This document shows, piece by piece, positions 37,264-48,870 of a stretch of DNA of 64,000 nt. The translations under genes were made by a program, and so were the position numbers. Position 1 is the stretch's first letter. Every line of letters begins with the position of its first letter. This DNA comes from Lama glama (Eukaryota). The DNA lies in contig CM052817.1 in assembly GCA_028534125.1 (NCBI GenBank), forward strand, positions 107,820,001 through 107,884,000, read 5' to 3'. The notes beneath the pieces are model-generated. The model saw nothing but the letters and a program-made list of their open reading frames with translations, was not told the DNA's origin and did no database searches.

Positions 37264-39020
37264 CCCCAACGGCTGCTTTACCTTTGAGACAGGCTTGAAG
37301 GAGGAAGCTCTGCCTGCGCTTTGCTTATTGAAGTTTCCCCATAAAAGCCTGGTATTGATCTAGCATCCAAGGGGGTCCCTGTAAATGCTAGAGATGTTGC
37401 CCCATGAAGGATAAATTGGTAGAGCTGTTTAGAGAGAAAAAGAAAAGAATTGAGCTAAGTCTTCAATGGTGACTAATCCATAAATGCTTTTAGAGAGACA
37501 AGCTCAGTGTTCAGGTGCCTACAGAGGCACAGGGCCAAGTGCCTCATGGTTGAGAGCTGGGGGATCTAGGCCAGATATTTACAAGATCCCTTAGTTTGTC
37601 AACTACACAGCATGAAAAATATTTCCAAGCCAGGGTTATTCTTGTGGCAAACACTCAGGACTGCTGAGAAGGAGCAGTCTGTGTTTTGTGGAGTGCGTAA
37701 TTATTCTGGGGGACCCTGGATTGGGTCTGCCTATGATCCTTTGCAAGAAGAAGGGAGAAAATGTTGGCAGAAAAAACAAATCCATCAGCTGTATGGCGGT
37801 TCTGAACTGAACACAAGGTCAGATTGTCAGAGATACAAGCGTTGTTCAGGTGGTTATGGGGGTTTGTTATTGCTGGTGTTATTCACCCAGACCACTCAGA
37901 AGGAAGCCCAACCAATTGGCCGTGCAGCCACCTGGGTCAGCCTCCCAGTGAACCGTGCCAGGGGCTTTCTGAGGCTCTGCGATGGAGGATGGAGCCCGGG
38001 GAAAGTGGACGGCATAGTTTTCCATTTTAACACACCTCCCACACTCCCAAGTCAATATTTCAGAGATTGGAGTTGACAAGCAAAGCTATCTGAAGAATGA
38101 AACCTGATAGTCACCTATTATCTGTCAAGGTAATGACTCCCTTAGGGTTTCTGGAAAAAGAATCTTTCCAATCTGACATTTAAAAACCCTGCAGGTTTCA
38201 GCCTGTCTACCACGCCCGCCCCGCTGCAGCGGCCGGGTTCCAAATGTGACCCTGTGGGCTGGCAGCCCACCAAGACAAGACGGAACAGAGATGCCTCTGA
38301 CACTGGGTGAGCCCCCTCTTCAGGTAGTTCTATGTGTCACAAGCAGGAAAAAAGAGAACTGGTTTTCTGTTAAATCAAGCATCCGCATCGACCCGGCCTG
38401 ACTTACCCTGCACCAGCATGTCAGGAGTGGTGGAACTTTCTGCAGTAGTCAGGAGGTATTTCACCACCTGCGGAAGACTGTCTGCTGCTGGTTTGTCTGC
38501 TGTTTCAAATTGTTCCATTTTAAGCATTTTCTGGGTCTGGCTAACTACGGATGGGCTCTTAGAGTTAGAATATGTACTTTAGAGACATACCTTTCCCCCA
38601 AGTGGAAATAGTGGTTTATCCCTGGGAAAGTAAACACTTAAGACGTTCCTATAAAGGGTGAAGCTATGAATTAAATTTGTTTATTCATTCTCACGCACCC
38701 TTGATGGAGCTCATCCTCCATACGGCTGCTTACGTCATCCAGAAGAAAAATTCTAAAGTTCAGCATCATAAAGATAAATCTCTCAGAGTCCCCCTCTTGG
38801 CCCTCTCCTTTGGCTTGATTCGTGTTGTTATAATACAATTCTCACTGGGATTTCCCAAATCTATTTTTGCCTCTTAACCATCAAAGTCTTTATTCTCCAA
38901 TGATCCATCCTGTAACTTTTTCTTGTGTACTTTTTTTCCCATATGTTTCTCTTATATTACTTCCTTCAAGCCCCTGTTCACTCATGATCGGATCACTCAG
39001 CTGTTTTAAATGTATTCTTT

Positions 39021-39215
39021 TTAATTTATTGTATTTTTTACTGAAGTGTGGTTGATTCACAATGTTAGTTTCGGATGAACAGCAAAGCGATTCAGTTATA
39101 CATGTACATGCGTGGATCTATTTTCTTTTCAGATTCTTTTCCATTATATGTTATTACAAGAAACTGAATATAGTTCCCTGTGCTCGACAGTAGGTCCTTG
39201 TCGTTTGTCTATTTT
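39021..39215 (-). mobile_element. Short L1 3' end (L1_Art-like)
   Basis: actgaagtgtggttgattcacaatgtt...aatatagttccctgtgct...gtaggtccttg; flanked by tttaaatgtattctt / tttaagtgtattctt (TSD). Confidence 0.85.
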
Positions 39216-40646
39216 TAAGTGTATTCTTCACTTTCAAGACCTTTACCTTTGATGGTCTATTTTAACTATGGCCTCAGGTGTGCAGCCCCTGCAGTGATCC
39301 AAGCTATCAGAGCACTTGGCTGTTGGACATTTGTCATTGATCAGATTAAATATAAATACCTATTTTCAGACATCAAGTCATTCTAGCTTACGGTTTTACT
39401 TTCTAACTAGTTACATGCTCTTTTTGAGTGGTTGTCATGACACCCCCTCCAGGAAAGCTGACACGTCTGTCTCTTTCGTGTTCCTGCTGGAACCCGACTC
39501 AAGTTTTCTCCTCTTCCTCAGAAAACCTAGACTCTCTCACTGTTCTTCCACTTCTCCGTCTCTCATTCCCAGTCCCTCTCCTCCCCACCAGCTCTCTCAG
39601 TGGTTATTTGATAGTGGCGCTTTACGAAGACATCACTGAGAACAAGTCAGCAGTGGGTGAATAAAGAATGGCAACAGGAAGCTTAGAACCCCAAGTACTT
39701 TTAGGCGACTCCCTGTCACAAAGTGCACGTGATGCTGCCCTTGGTTCCACCCACTCCATCTGCCACAGGAGAGTCTCGGTTTGCTAATTTAAGATTACAC
39801 CCTTTTACAGTTTCTCTTAAGACTCAATGGTCAGAACAAGGTTCTCAACACCAAATCATGCTATTACTACAGCAAGTGACATGTTTTAAGGAAATGGCAC
39901 CACACCCTTAATCATTTTTACTTTAAAGGTAACTAAAGGAAGATATTTAGAGTCCAAGTTAAAAGACTGATATTCCATGTAACTTCTCTGGGTCAGTGAA
40001 CAGAGAGACCCAGTTGCTCCCTGGATAGGAGTAACTTCTGGCCAAGGTGTGCATGTGTATTTGGAGACAGACTTAAAGCTTGGTTGGTATTCAGAGAGGC
40101 TGTACTGCCACGTACGTGAAAAAAGGCTCTACTGGATGCATTTGCAAAGGACGCATGAAAACCCCACCTCAAGGGGCTGGTGGGGTGTTTAGGGAGCTGC
40201 ATGTGGCAGCTTAGACTTTTCTTCATTGAGTCTAAGAACCGATGATTTTAAGAAGAAAAGTCACTTGATCAGATTGGAGTTTCAGAAAAATCAGTCTGTC
40301 AGCAAAGTTGACTCGGTTAGTGAGTTTCCAACTATGTACCTGAAGAATATGGTATAATTGAAGCTGCCCAAACCAAATAACAGTGGTTTAATTAGTGGGA
40401 AAAATAGGTAGTTTTCTCAACCATAGATTTTCTTTCATATTTTCTTTTCATTAAAAAGAATTCTTAATTATCTCCCCCTGAAAAAAAGCAAACAAAAAAA
40501 AATTGAATTTTCTTGCCTGCAAATACCACAGATTACAAAAATAAATAAAACATGTGGTATTGGTTTGACAAAAGTGAATAACTATATTAAAAACATCCAT
40601 TTATGCTTAGTTTTAAATTAACTTTTTGCAAACATACTATCAGGTG

Positions 40647-40741
40647 TTTTTTTTAATTGAGGTACAACTGACACATGACATTATATTAGGTTCATGTGCA
40701 CAACATAGTCATTCAATATTTGTATCTATTGCAAAATGATC
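40647..40741 (-). mobile_element. L1 extreme 3' end fragment
   Basis: Poly-T, aattgaggtacaactgacacatgacattatattaggttcatgtgcacaacatagt...tattgcaaaatgatc. Confidence 0.8.
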
Positions 40742-40869
40742 TGTGGTTGTGTTTTCATGTTTTATGATAGAACTATTATACTTTCTGCTATAAAAAAAAT
40801 CCCCAGTTTATTTGCTGAAATAAATCTCTGTTTCACGATATCCATGGAATAAAAAAGCAGCAGGGAGAT

Positions 40870-41220
40870 GGTCCCTGCCCCCGGCTGCCACCACCTCCCC
40901 CGCCTCTGCTCTCAGCTCTGGTCCCAGGAAGCGGCGACTTCCGGGCACTTTACACTGAGACGCTTCAGCAGTGTCTCAGCTCAAGGCTCCCGTGTCTTCT
41001 CTCTTCTGCAGGTGGAGGAGCCGGGGCGGGTGAAGGTAGTGCTCAGGCGGAGGAGCGACGGAGCGAGCCGGCTTCCGCCCGACCCTGAGCAGGAGGTGCT
41101 GAGGGCGCGGGGCAGGCTGCAGGGTGGGTACTGGAGGGTCAGCTCCTACGCTCATTAACCTCCCACTTCCCATGATAACTCGGCCGGGGCCTGCTCCTCC
41201 TGCCGCCACTCCTGCTCCCC
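40870..41220. promoter_or_regulatory. Small CpG/GC-rich islet with ETS and GC-box motifs; function unknown
   Basis: About 22 CpGs by eye in about 340 bp against a CpG-poor background; CCGGAAGT (minus, 40937-40944), GGGGCGGG (41023-41030), CTTCCGCCC (41072-41080). Confidence 0.45.
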
Positions 41221-41655
41221 AGGGAATGATCTGAACACAGATTTGGTCTCAGACTCCACTTGTGAGGATAAATCTCTTTTCTTCACTGAGTCTGAGACTG
41301 TCAGGGGTCAGAAATATTCTTCGATGGTCAAGGAGACATTTTTAAAAAAAATTTTTAATTAATTTTTTAAAAAATTATTTGTTTAAACAAAGTTTATTCT
41401 AGGAAGAGCAACTCATTGAGAGATAAAACTGTTTTAAAATTTACATATGTGTACTATTGATTGTTTCTATGAACAGTTTAGAGGTTTTTAAGTTCACATA
41501 GTTATCGAAGGAATAAAGCCAACCACAAAATAAGAATCAACAGAATGTGGTAATCCAAATCAGAAGGACAGTCAGATGCACATACATACTCAAGAAATCA
41601 GTCATCTAAGTTATAAATAATAAGTAGTTCATTTGTGTCCTTTTTTTTAGATTCT

Positions 41656-41786
41656 TACTACTCAGCCATAAGAAAGAACAAAACAATGCCATTTGCAACA
41701 ACATGGATGGACCTGGAGATCATAATTCTAAGTGAAGTAAGCCAGAAAGAGAGAGACAAATGCCGCATGATGTCACTTATAAGTGT
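41656..41786 (+). mobile_element. L1 ORF2 C-terminal fragment
   Basis: Translates to YYSAIRKNKTMPFATTWMDLEIIILSEVSQKERDKCRMMSLI, the canonical L1 ORF2 end. Confidence 0.9.
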
Positions 41787-42295
41787 AAGGAGAACTTTTT
41801 GGAAGCTGTTGCCACGATCAGGGCAAATATGACTAGCACACTGGTCTTACCTAATGTAGCACCAGCTGGGATGGAGCCCACGCACTGGTTATTATGAAAA
41901 CAATAATGTCCTGTTGGCATAGTGCTTTTTCATATTCAACATTGTGAACATTTTACAGTTTCTTTGTTGTTTTTTGTTTTTTTGTCCTGTTTTGTTTTAC
42001 AAATCTTTTTCTTCGTCCATGACTCCACTCTTTAACATCTAAAACAGATCAAAGTCAGTGCTGGTGCTGTGTTCTGGCTGATGGTGAGCTTTAGTGAGTA
42101 GTGGGTGGCTTAATGGCTGGGAGGAGGCACGAGTCAGTCTCATTTTAGTATCTCCATATTCATGCAGAGTAGGCAAGGCATGGCTTATTTTCACATGAGA
42201 TGTGAGGAAACTGAGTCATGTAAAATGTGAATGGCTTTTTAAGGTCAGAGCAAAGACTTTGCTACAGATCTTAATAAGAAAAAAAGTATATATAC

Positions 42296-42353
42296 TTTTT
42301 TTCACTGAGGTATAGTCAGTTTACCATGTTGTGTCAATTTCTGGTTTCAGCAT
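42296..42353 (-). mobile_element. Tiny L1 3' end
   Basis: ttttttcactgaggtatagtcagtttaccatgttgtgtcaatttctggtttcagcat. Confidence 0.75.
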
Positions 42354-42399
42354 AAGAAATATATATATATATATATATGTATTTAGCAAGTCATTCTCT

Positions 42400-42549
42400 T
42401 TTGTAATTTATTTTCTTTTTTATTTTGCAGGGAGGTAACTAGATTTTTTTTTAATTAAAAAATTTTTTTAAATGGAGGTGTTGGGAATTGAACCCAGGAC
42501 CTCGTACATTCAAAACATTCACTCTACCACTGAGCTATACCCTCCCTCC
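42400..42549 (-). mobile_element. Vic-1-type SINE
   Basis: ggaggtgttgggaattgaacccaggacctcgtacatt...ctctaccactgagctataccctccc. Confidence 0.9.
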
Positions 42550-42551
42550 AG

Positions 42552-42553
<2 letters not shown>

Positions 42554-42621
<68 letters not shown>

Positions 42622-42637
42622 ATATATATATATATAT
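42554..42637. repeat. Long (TA)n microsatellite
   Basis: About 84 bp of TA repeats with two TG interruptions. Confidence 0.97.
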
Positions 42638-43989
42638 TTAATAACCCACAGAAACTAAGCTACTTTCTAATTGCTTTGCTGAACTATGTGTCTCAGACTT
42701 ACTTTATGTCTAATAAAAATAAATATAAATATTGACATTATACGTAACATTACGTTACCCCGACATCCCCACGGTAGTTCTGAACTGAGTGAGAAATAGT
42801 CTAGAGAATTGGCAGGTGTAAACCAAACTATGTCCTGTATTTCTGATGGAGCTGAAATTCAGGAGTCAAGGCTTATTCGTTCAAGTCCAGAACCAGAAAG
42901 ACCTCCCCACTCAATAGCCCGGGCTGTATACCCGCTGGTCCCTGTGGAGAGGAGAAAGGAGGGGCCTAGGTGTCACAAGACAAGATTCTCTCTCAAAACT
43001 TATTATGAAGATGAAGGCACTGCCTTAGGGAAGAGTGAGAGAGTGGAGGGGTTCTGGGGGTGGAATACAAGAGCAGGGAATAAGGAATCCCCTTACATAA
43101 CGTGGTCGCTCCTGAATTAATTCATTAGCAGCCTGCACAGAGTGACCGCGATGCTTCAGGTACAGAGGGAAGTGGTGATAAGCAAGACAGAATGTTCCCT
43201 GCCTCCTGCTGCTGGCTAGCTTCTGAAGAAGTAAAGTGTTTCCTATATAAAATCAAGCATTTCCTAGTTTTTGAGAAATCATAATATATGGTGGTAAAAT
43301 GTGAATCATCTGATACGAACGGATCAAAAACTTCAGACGACAAGTTGCCTGGAAGATGTGTACGTACTGCTGTTTACTGCATTATGCTGTTAGGAGAGAG
43401 AATCTAGTATCTGGCTGTCATATCAGATAATCTCATATCTGTGTGACTCTCGTGCGTTCAGAGAAATATTTACCTCCCACTTCAAGCCTCTGCCTTTATA
43501 CCTTTCCCGTGTCCAGGTGGAACAGGTGTCTCTCTTACTATAACCTGAATCTCATTCTCCCCCCAGGTAGAAGCATTGGTCATCAATGTACCCCATTTCC
43601 CCCATTTTTGACAAAGAGACACAATTTAAACTTTTCCCATCTTAAAAAAACAAGCAAAACACACACACTCTTAGTGACCCTACATGCTATCCATCCTCTT
43701 CCTTGCTTCCTTTTTGTGGGAAGTTTCTGAAAAAGAGAGGATAATCTAAAATCACACATTCCTATTTAATCAATACTGGTTTTTTTTTTTTTTTGGCTGG
43801 GTCGTGCCTCTGTACCTCTGCACACGCAGTTCCCTCTCCGTGAAGAGCCCACATCCTTGTCTCCACCTTTGGAGTCCTTACTTTCCGAAAAAGGACTCAG
43901 TCTAAGCTTCATATACTAGTTTACATTTCTTTCTTAGCTGATCAACTGACTCTTATTTGTGTTCCTTTAGAAGTGTCTCTGCACCTCTA

Positions 43990-44970
43990 TGATTTCCATA
44001 CTTTGCATTTGTTAAGGTCTATCTTGTTGAATGTCCCACGTGAGCTTGAGAAGAATGTGAATTCTGCTGTCCATGGATGAAGCAGTCCATAAATGTCCAC
44101 GACATCCAGTCGATGGATGGTGGTGTTGAGTTCAGCTGTGTCCCCACTGATTTCCTTTCTGCTGAGTCTGTCCGCTGCTGAGAGGGCTGTGGAAGTCTCC
44201 CACTGCAATGGTGGATCCACCTGTTTCAGCTTGCTGTTCTATCAGTCTTTGCTTCATGGACGTTGATGCTCTGTTGTGAGGCACATACATGTTAAAGATT
44301 GTTATAGCTTCTTGGAGAATCCTCTTTATCATTACATAATGCTCCTCTTCATTCCTGACCACTTTCCATGCTTTGATTCTGTTTTCCTTTGATTAATATC
44401 TTAATAAAAGATATTAATATCTTTTCCTCCATCCATTTACTTTCAGTCTCTATGTGTCTTTATATTTTAACTGGTGTCTTGTAGCAACTTAAGAGTCTTA
44501 CTTTGTGATTCACTTTGGCAATCTCTGTCTTTTAATTGGTGCCTTTAGACCACTGACAATTAGATTATTCATATAGTTGAATTAACAGCTACCGTATTTG
44601 TTACAACTTTCCATTTGCTGCCCTTGTTTTTTGCTTCTTTTTTTGTCTTCCACTTTTTTTCTTCTTTTTGTGGTTTTCATCGAGCATTTTCTATGACTCC
44701 ATTTCATCTTCGTTTTTAGCTTTATCAGTTATAGTTTTTATAGTGGTTGCCCTAGGGAGTAATATATATTTATAACTAACCCAAATCCACTGTTAAATAA
44801 CACTATAGCAAGTGTTGCTATAAATAACAGTATATTAAGTGTGAGTACCTTTTAATAACAAAATAATGCTGGTTCCTCCCTCTCATCCTTTGTATCCTTG
44901 ATGTCACCTATTTCTACTTGTATATAAGCATATATAATTGAATATATTGTTGTTATTATTTTGAATAGAT
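43990..44970 (-). mobile_element. Old L1M fragment including a decayed ORF2 endonuclease domain
   Basis: Overlapping minus ORFs give HYVMIK..QEAITIFNMYVPHNRAS..MKQRLIE..STIAVGDFHSPLS and DRLSRKEIS..ELNTTIHRLDVVDIYGLLHP..EFTFFSS..GTFNKID: L1 APE-endonuclease motifs split by a frameshift. Confidence 0.88.
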
Positions 44971-45542
44971 TCAAGGTTAAATAGAGCTGTTGTTTCCTTC
45001 AAAAGTGGATTAGAAAAAAACCGGAAAATTTTGATGTACATAAAGAAATATGGTTAAAAAGAGAAAGAAAATTATGAAGCAAGGAAGAAAAAGTCCTAGG
45101 ATCTATTGAAAATTATAAAATTCTTATGGGAAGTTATGATTGTCTTGTGGGAAAATAAAGAAAAATAAACACATAGTTTCCAAAATAGCTTAATCAATTT
45201 GAAAGGCACAACATTCTTTCCACCATATAGTTAAGAATTCTCTTCTAAACTATTTTAAAGATTTTTGAGTGATGCTTTTCTATAGGGAAATGAACAGGGA
45301 TTTTTTATGAGACCTGTATTCATACCTCGGCCCCATCACTTACTAATTGACTAATTGTAGTACTTTGGGCAAATTATTTTTTTCTCTCCCTAGACTTTAT
45401 TATTGTATGTTCAATGAAGACAGTTCCTACCTTGAAAACTGATTTCTAGATCTAATGATTTATGTGCTAATTGATCATCTGTGAATTGCAGTTACTACTT
45501 ATGTAACATTAGAACATTACGTACTATGTATGCTCACTAGAG

Positions 45543-45543
<1 letters not shown>

Positions 45544-45599
<56 letters not shown>
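45544..45599. repeat. (CA)n microsatellite
   Basis: Seen directly; two interruptions. Confidence 0.97.
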
Positions 45600-45600
<1 letters not shown>

Positions 45601-47049
45601 GGAATGATCCTCTCCCTAAGACCCAAGCCCACAGAACCCACTACCTAATGATCACAGTCATCAGGAAATGAGCATGCCTAGAAATAAACTCCTGTTTCTC
45701 TCTGCAATTTGAAGCATCAAGGTCATAGTTTTACACATTTTACCAGTGCCTCAGATCTGAGCATATGTGAGTTTGAGACTAAACACTAGGGTGACCACAG
45801 AGGACATGCACTGTGTAAACAATTAATACTGGGGGCGTAAGTCAGTCGAGCCGGAGAACGAGGGTGCAGCGTGTTGGCCATGAAAGAGGTGGGCACGTCT
45901 GCACTTGCGTTAGACATGTGCATTGGCAAGTTAGCCGGTGCCGCGGCATGGGGAAAGCCATTAGCTGAGGCATGGCTTTTATTAACCCACACTGCTATTT
46001 AAGCAAACTACTGTTTGCTGTGCTCTTTATTTGAGAACATCTTAATATCAAGTATTAAGTGTTTTGAGCGTTAGTATAAAAGGAACATCTGGTCACCCCC
46101 TGCTAACCACGCTTGCTCGTGTTAGTTGGCTGGCTGGGTCTTCAGTGCAATGTTGATTGTGGTGGCAGTGGTGGCATTCTTGTCCTCCTTCTGATTCAAA
46201 ATGCAGTACTTTAAATATCACTGCATTTAGAAGGTATTTATTGCATTTTTTAATGTATCTAGAACCTTTATCGGGTCAACCATTATCTTTGTAGAAACTA
46301 CTTATTTATCAAAAACTCACCTGCCTACACTGGAAAAACATAGCCGGAAAAGCAATTTTTTCAATAACACAAGTTTTTTTTTTTTTAAATAACAAAGTGG
46401 AATGAATATTTTGTGTTATTGAAACACTTATGTAATCATTGCCTCCAACACTAAAATGAGATGAATTCATGATTCATCTGCAACACAGGCTAGGAAAAAA
46501 ATATGGCTCAGGTTTAGAAAGGCTGAAAATTTTTGAAGAGAAAAGGCATAAGCTCCTGAAATAAAATATTTTGCAATTCTAATCAGAGTCCTAGCATGGT
46601 AAATTTCTTTAGTTGCTATTTTCATATTTGCATATATATTTCAGACTTACAAATGTATTCAGAATAATGCCTCAAGGAATCCTACTCTTTTCAGTCCAGG
46701 TAAGGCTTTCATACTTACGACCCCAAATTGCTTAAGTATTATTTAACTCTAAGATTAAATATAGCAACAGGGTAGGGTCATCCTTGAGAAAACCCACTAA
46801 ATTAGGTTGAATCCAAGTTTACGTTGTCAATTCCTGTCTGAAATTTATACTCTTCCTTAGGAAAGGTTTTGGTTTTGGTAGCAAATATAATTTTGTAATT
46901 TAGATTATTGAAATTATTTAAATAGCTGAAGTAATCTAAAGTATTTTCAATTTAAATTGAGATTTAATAGTAACATAAGAAAATAAAAACTTCTGTATTA
47001 AGTGATTTGAACACCCAAGCACGAGGAAATAGGTAAGTGCGTGGACACC

Positions 47050-47275
47050 ATCGCAGGCTTGGTTTCTGGCTCTGGAATTTCTTTGTTCTGTCACCTTGGA
47101 TACATTAATTGACCCCTTTGTGCTTCAGTTTTCTCTGTAAAATGGAGAGGTTAACACTGCCCCACTCAAAGAGAGGTGTTATGAGAGTTTTAATGGGCTA
47201 AGATAGCAAAAATCTTAGAACATTGCCAAGCATATAGCAAACATTCAGTCCATTTTGACTATCAGTATTATCATC
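47050..47275 (+). mobile_element. MIR SINE
   Basis: ctgtcaccttggatacattaattgacccctttgtgcttcagttttctctgtaaaatgg. Confidence 0.75.
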
Positions 47276-47474
47276 ATTGTTGCCAAAATGTCATGAAATT
47301 GATGATAAATTAGGGTTTTTCTAGCATCTGAAATACATTAAATTTTTTAAAAGATTTTTATTGAAGCTTAGGTGATTTACAAGATGAAAAAGAATATCTA
47401 TGTATAACTGAATAACGATGCTGTGGTATCTCAAATATAGTTTCTATTAAAGTTTCAATGAAACATCATATATG

Positions 47475-47834
47475 GTTGCTATAGAAATGACAATTTGAAT
47501 TTGTTGCCTTCAGTGAGGAAAATTTCAAGCTTTATTATTATTCATTCCAGTTAAAAATAAAACAGGGGAGGCACATGCGACAAGAGCTTTCCGAGCAAGC
47601 CTGGAACAATGTCTGTTGTTTTACCATCCATGACGCTGCGAGCTACCCGAGGAAGGCACGCCCGCCTTCCTGTAGGCTCCAGGACTGGCAGCCCTATTAT
47701 CTGGCCTCTCTTAGCCTCCTTTTGGGAAAAACACTCAAGTCCTCATTGCCATAACAACGGGCTACTCTCCCTAAAACAAGATGTGCTCCGAGTCCAAGTA
47801 AAATTGTTTCCATGGTAACTGCTACCTATTTAAG
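47475..47834. promoter_or_regulatory. Candidate RFX (X-box) regulatory element
   Basis: GTTTCCATGGTAAC (47806-47819), ATTGCCATAACAAC (47745-47758), GTTGCTATAGAAAT (47475-47488). Confidence 0.5.
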
Positions 47835-48379
47835 TGCGGCAGCCTGGTTTTTAATCAGTAAAATTGTCCTTTGTCAAAAAGCAAGCATGTATTTTTACCA
47901 AAATAATTATGTACATTTGGGAGGGTATGGTAAATGAAGAAAGGAAAGTAGATTTTCACAAAAATAAAAATAAAATTGATTCCCCCTTTTTAAAGGCCAC
48001 AGCTTCTTGTTTATGAAATGAAAATCTCCACGATGTACATATGCGGCAACCCGCAGCATAACCATATGTGGAATACAAAATGTTTCTCTTTCTTACATTT
48101 TGACCCACATTAAAATAAAATAAAATCCTGAAGACTGAAAATGGAAATGTCCATGATCCAAATCTATTTCATTCTTCACTTCTCTTTCGTGAACTATAAT
48201 GTCCAACCATGTTAAATGTGCCTTACGTCTCATGCTGTTATCTTTTATCCTTTTGTTTGTTTGTTTCAGATAATCTCTTATCCAAGTAAGTGAAATATGG
48301 ATTTCTTTCCCATCAAATAAAGTAGATTCAGAATTGACTTGGTTATTCTCTTCATTCTGATGGACAGCTACTGAGGAAG

Positions 48380-48462
48380 CTTCCTTCCTTCTTTCCTTCC
48401 TTCCTTCTTTCCTTCTTTCCTCCCTTTCCTTTCCTCCTCCTCCTCCTCCTCCTTCTCCTCTC
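48380..48462. repeat. (TTCC)n/(TCC)n polypyrimidine tract
   Basis: Seen directly. Confidence 0.9.
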
Positions 48463-48661
48463 TACTTGCTTTCTGATGGATCTCCTCAACGTGAGAGTGA
48501 AAAGTGTGACACTGTGCTAAATTCCAGGGAACTCAAGTTGGGGGTGGTTTCCATACGTAAGTTATCTGTCCCATAGAAAACAAAGTGGAGGGCAGCTTTG
48601 TTTAAGTGATGATAGTCTACTGAACGCTGATCCTTGTAGCAATGGCCAACTTCTTTGTATT

Positions 48662-48870
48662 TAGACAGAACTGGGTTCAAATCCCAGTCTGTCATGTTTC
48701 AGCTGTGTGATTTGGGGCTTAGATTTCCTCATTCATAAAGTGGAGTTAAAATGCTTGCATCAATGGGTTATTGTGAGGATGCGATGAGACAGTGCGTGTA
48801 GAAGGCTTAGTTTGTGTCCTATGTCTTGTACATAAAATGCAGTCAGTGCTAATAAAAGTTACCATTATCA
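48662..48870 (+). mobile_element. MIR SINE
   Basis: agacagaactgggttcaaatcccagtct...gctgtgtga...tttcctcattcataaagtgg...ggttattgtgaggat. Confidence 0.8.

Noticed and set aside
37612..38076. Longest ORF in the window (154 aa)
   Set aside because: No recognisable domain, splice context or codon pattern; this length is compatible with chance in 64 kb over six frames.
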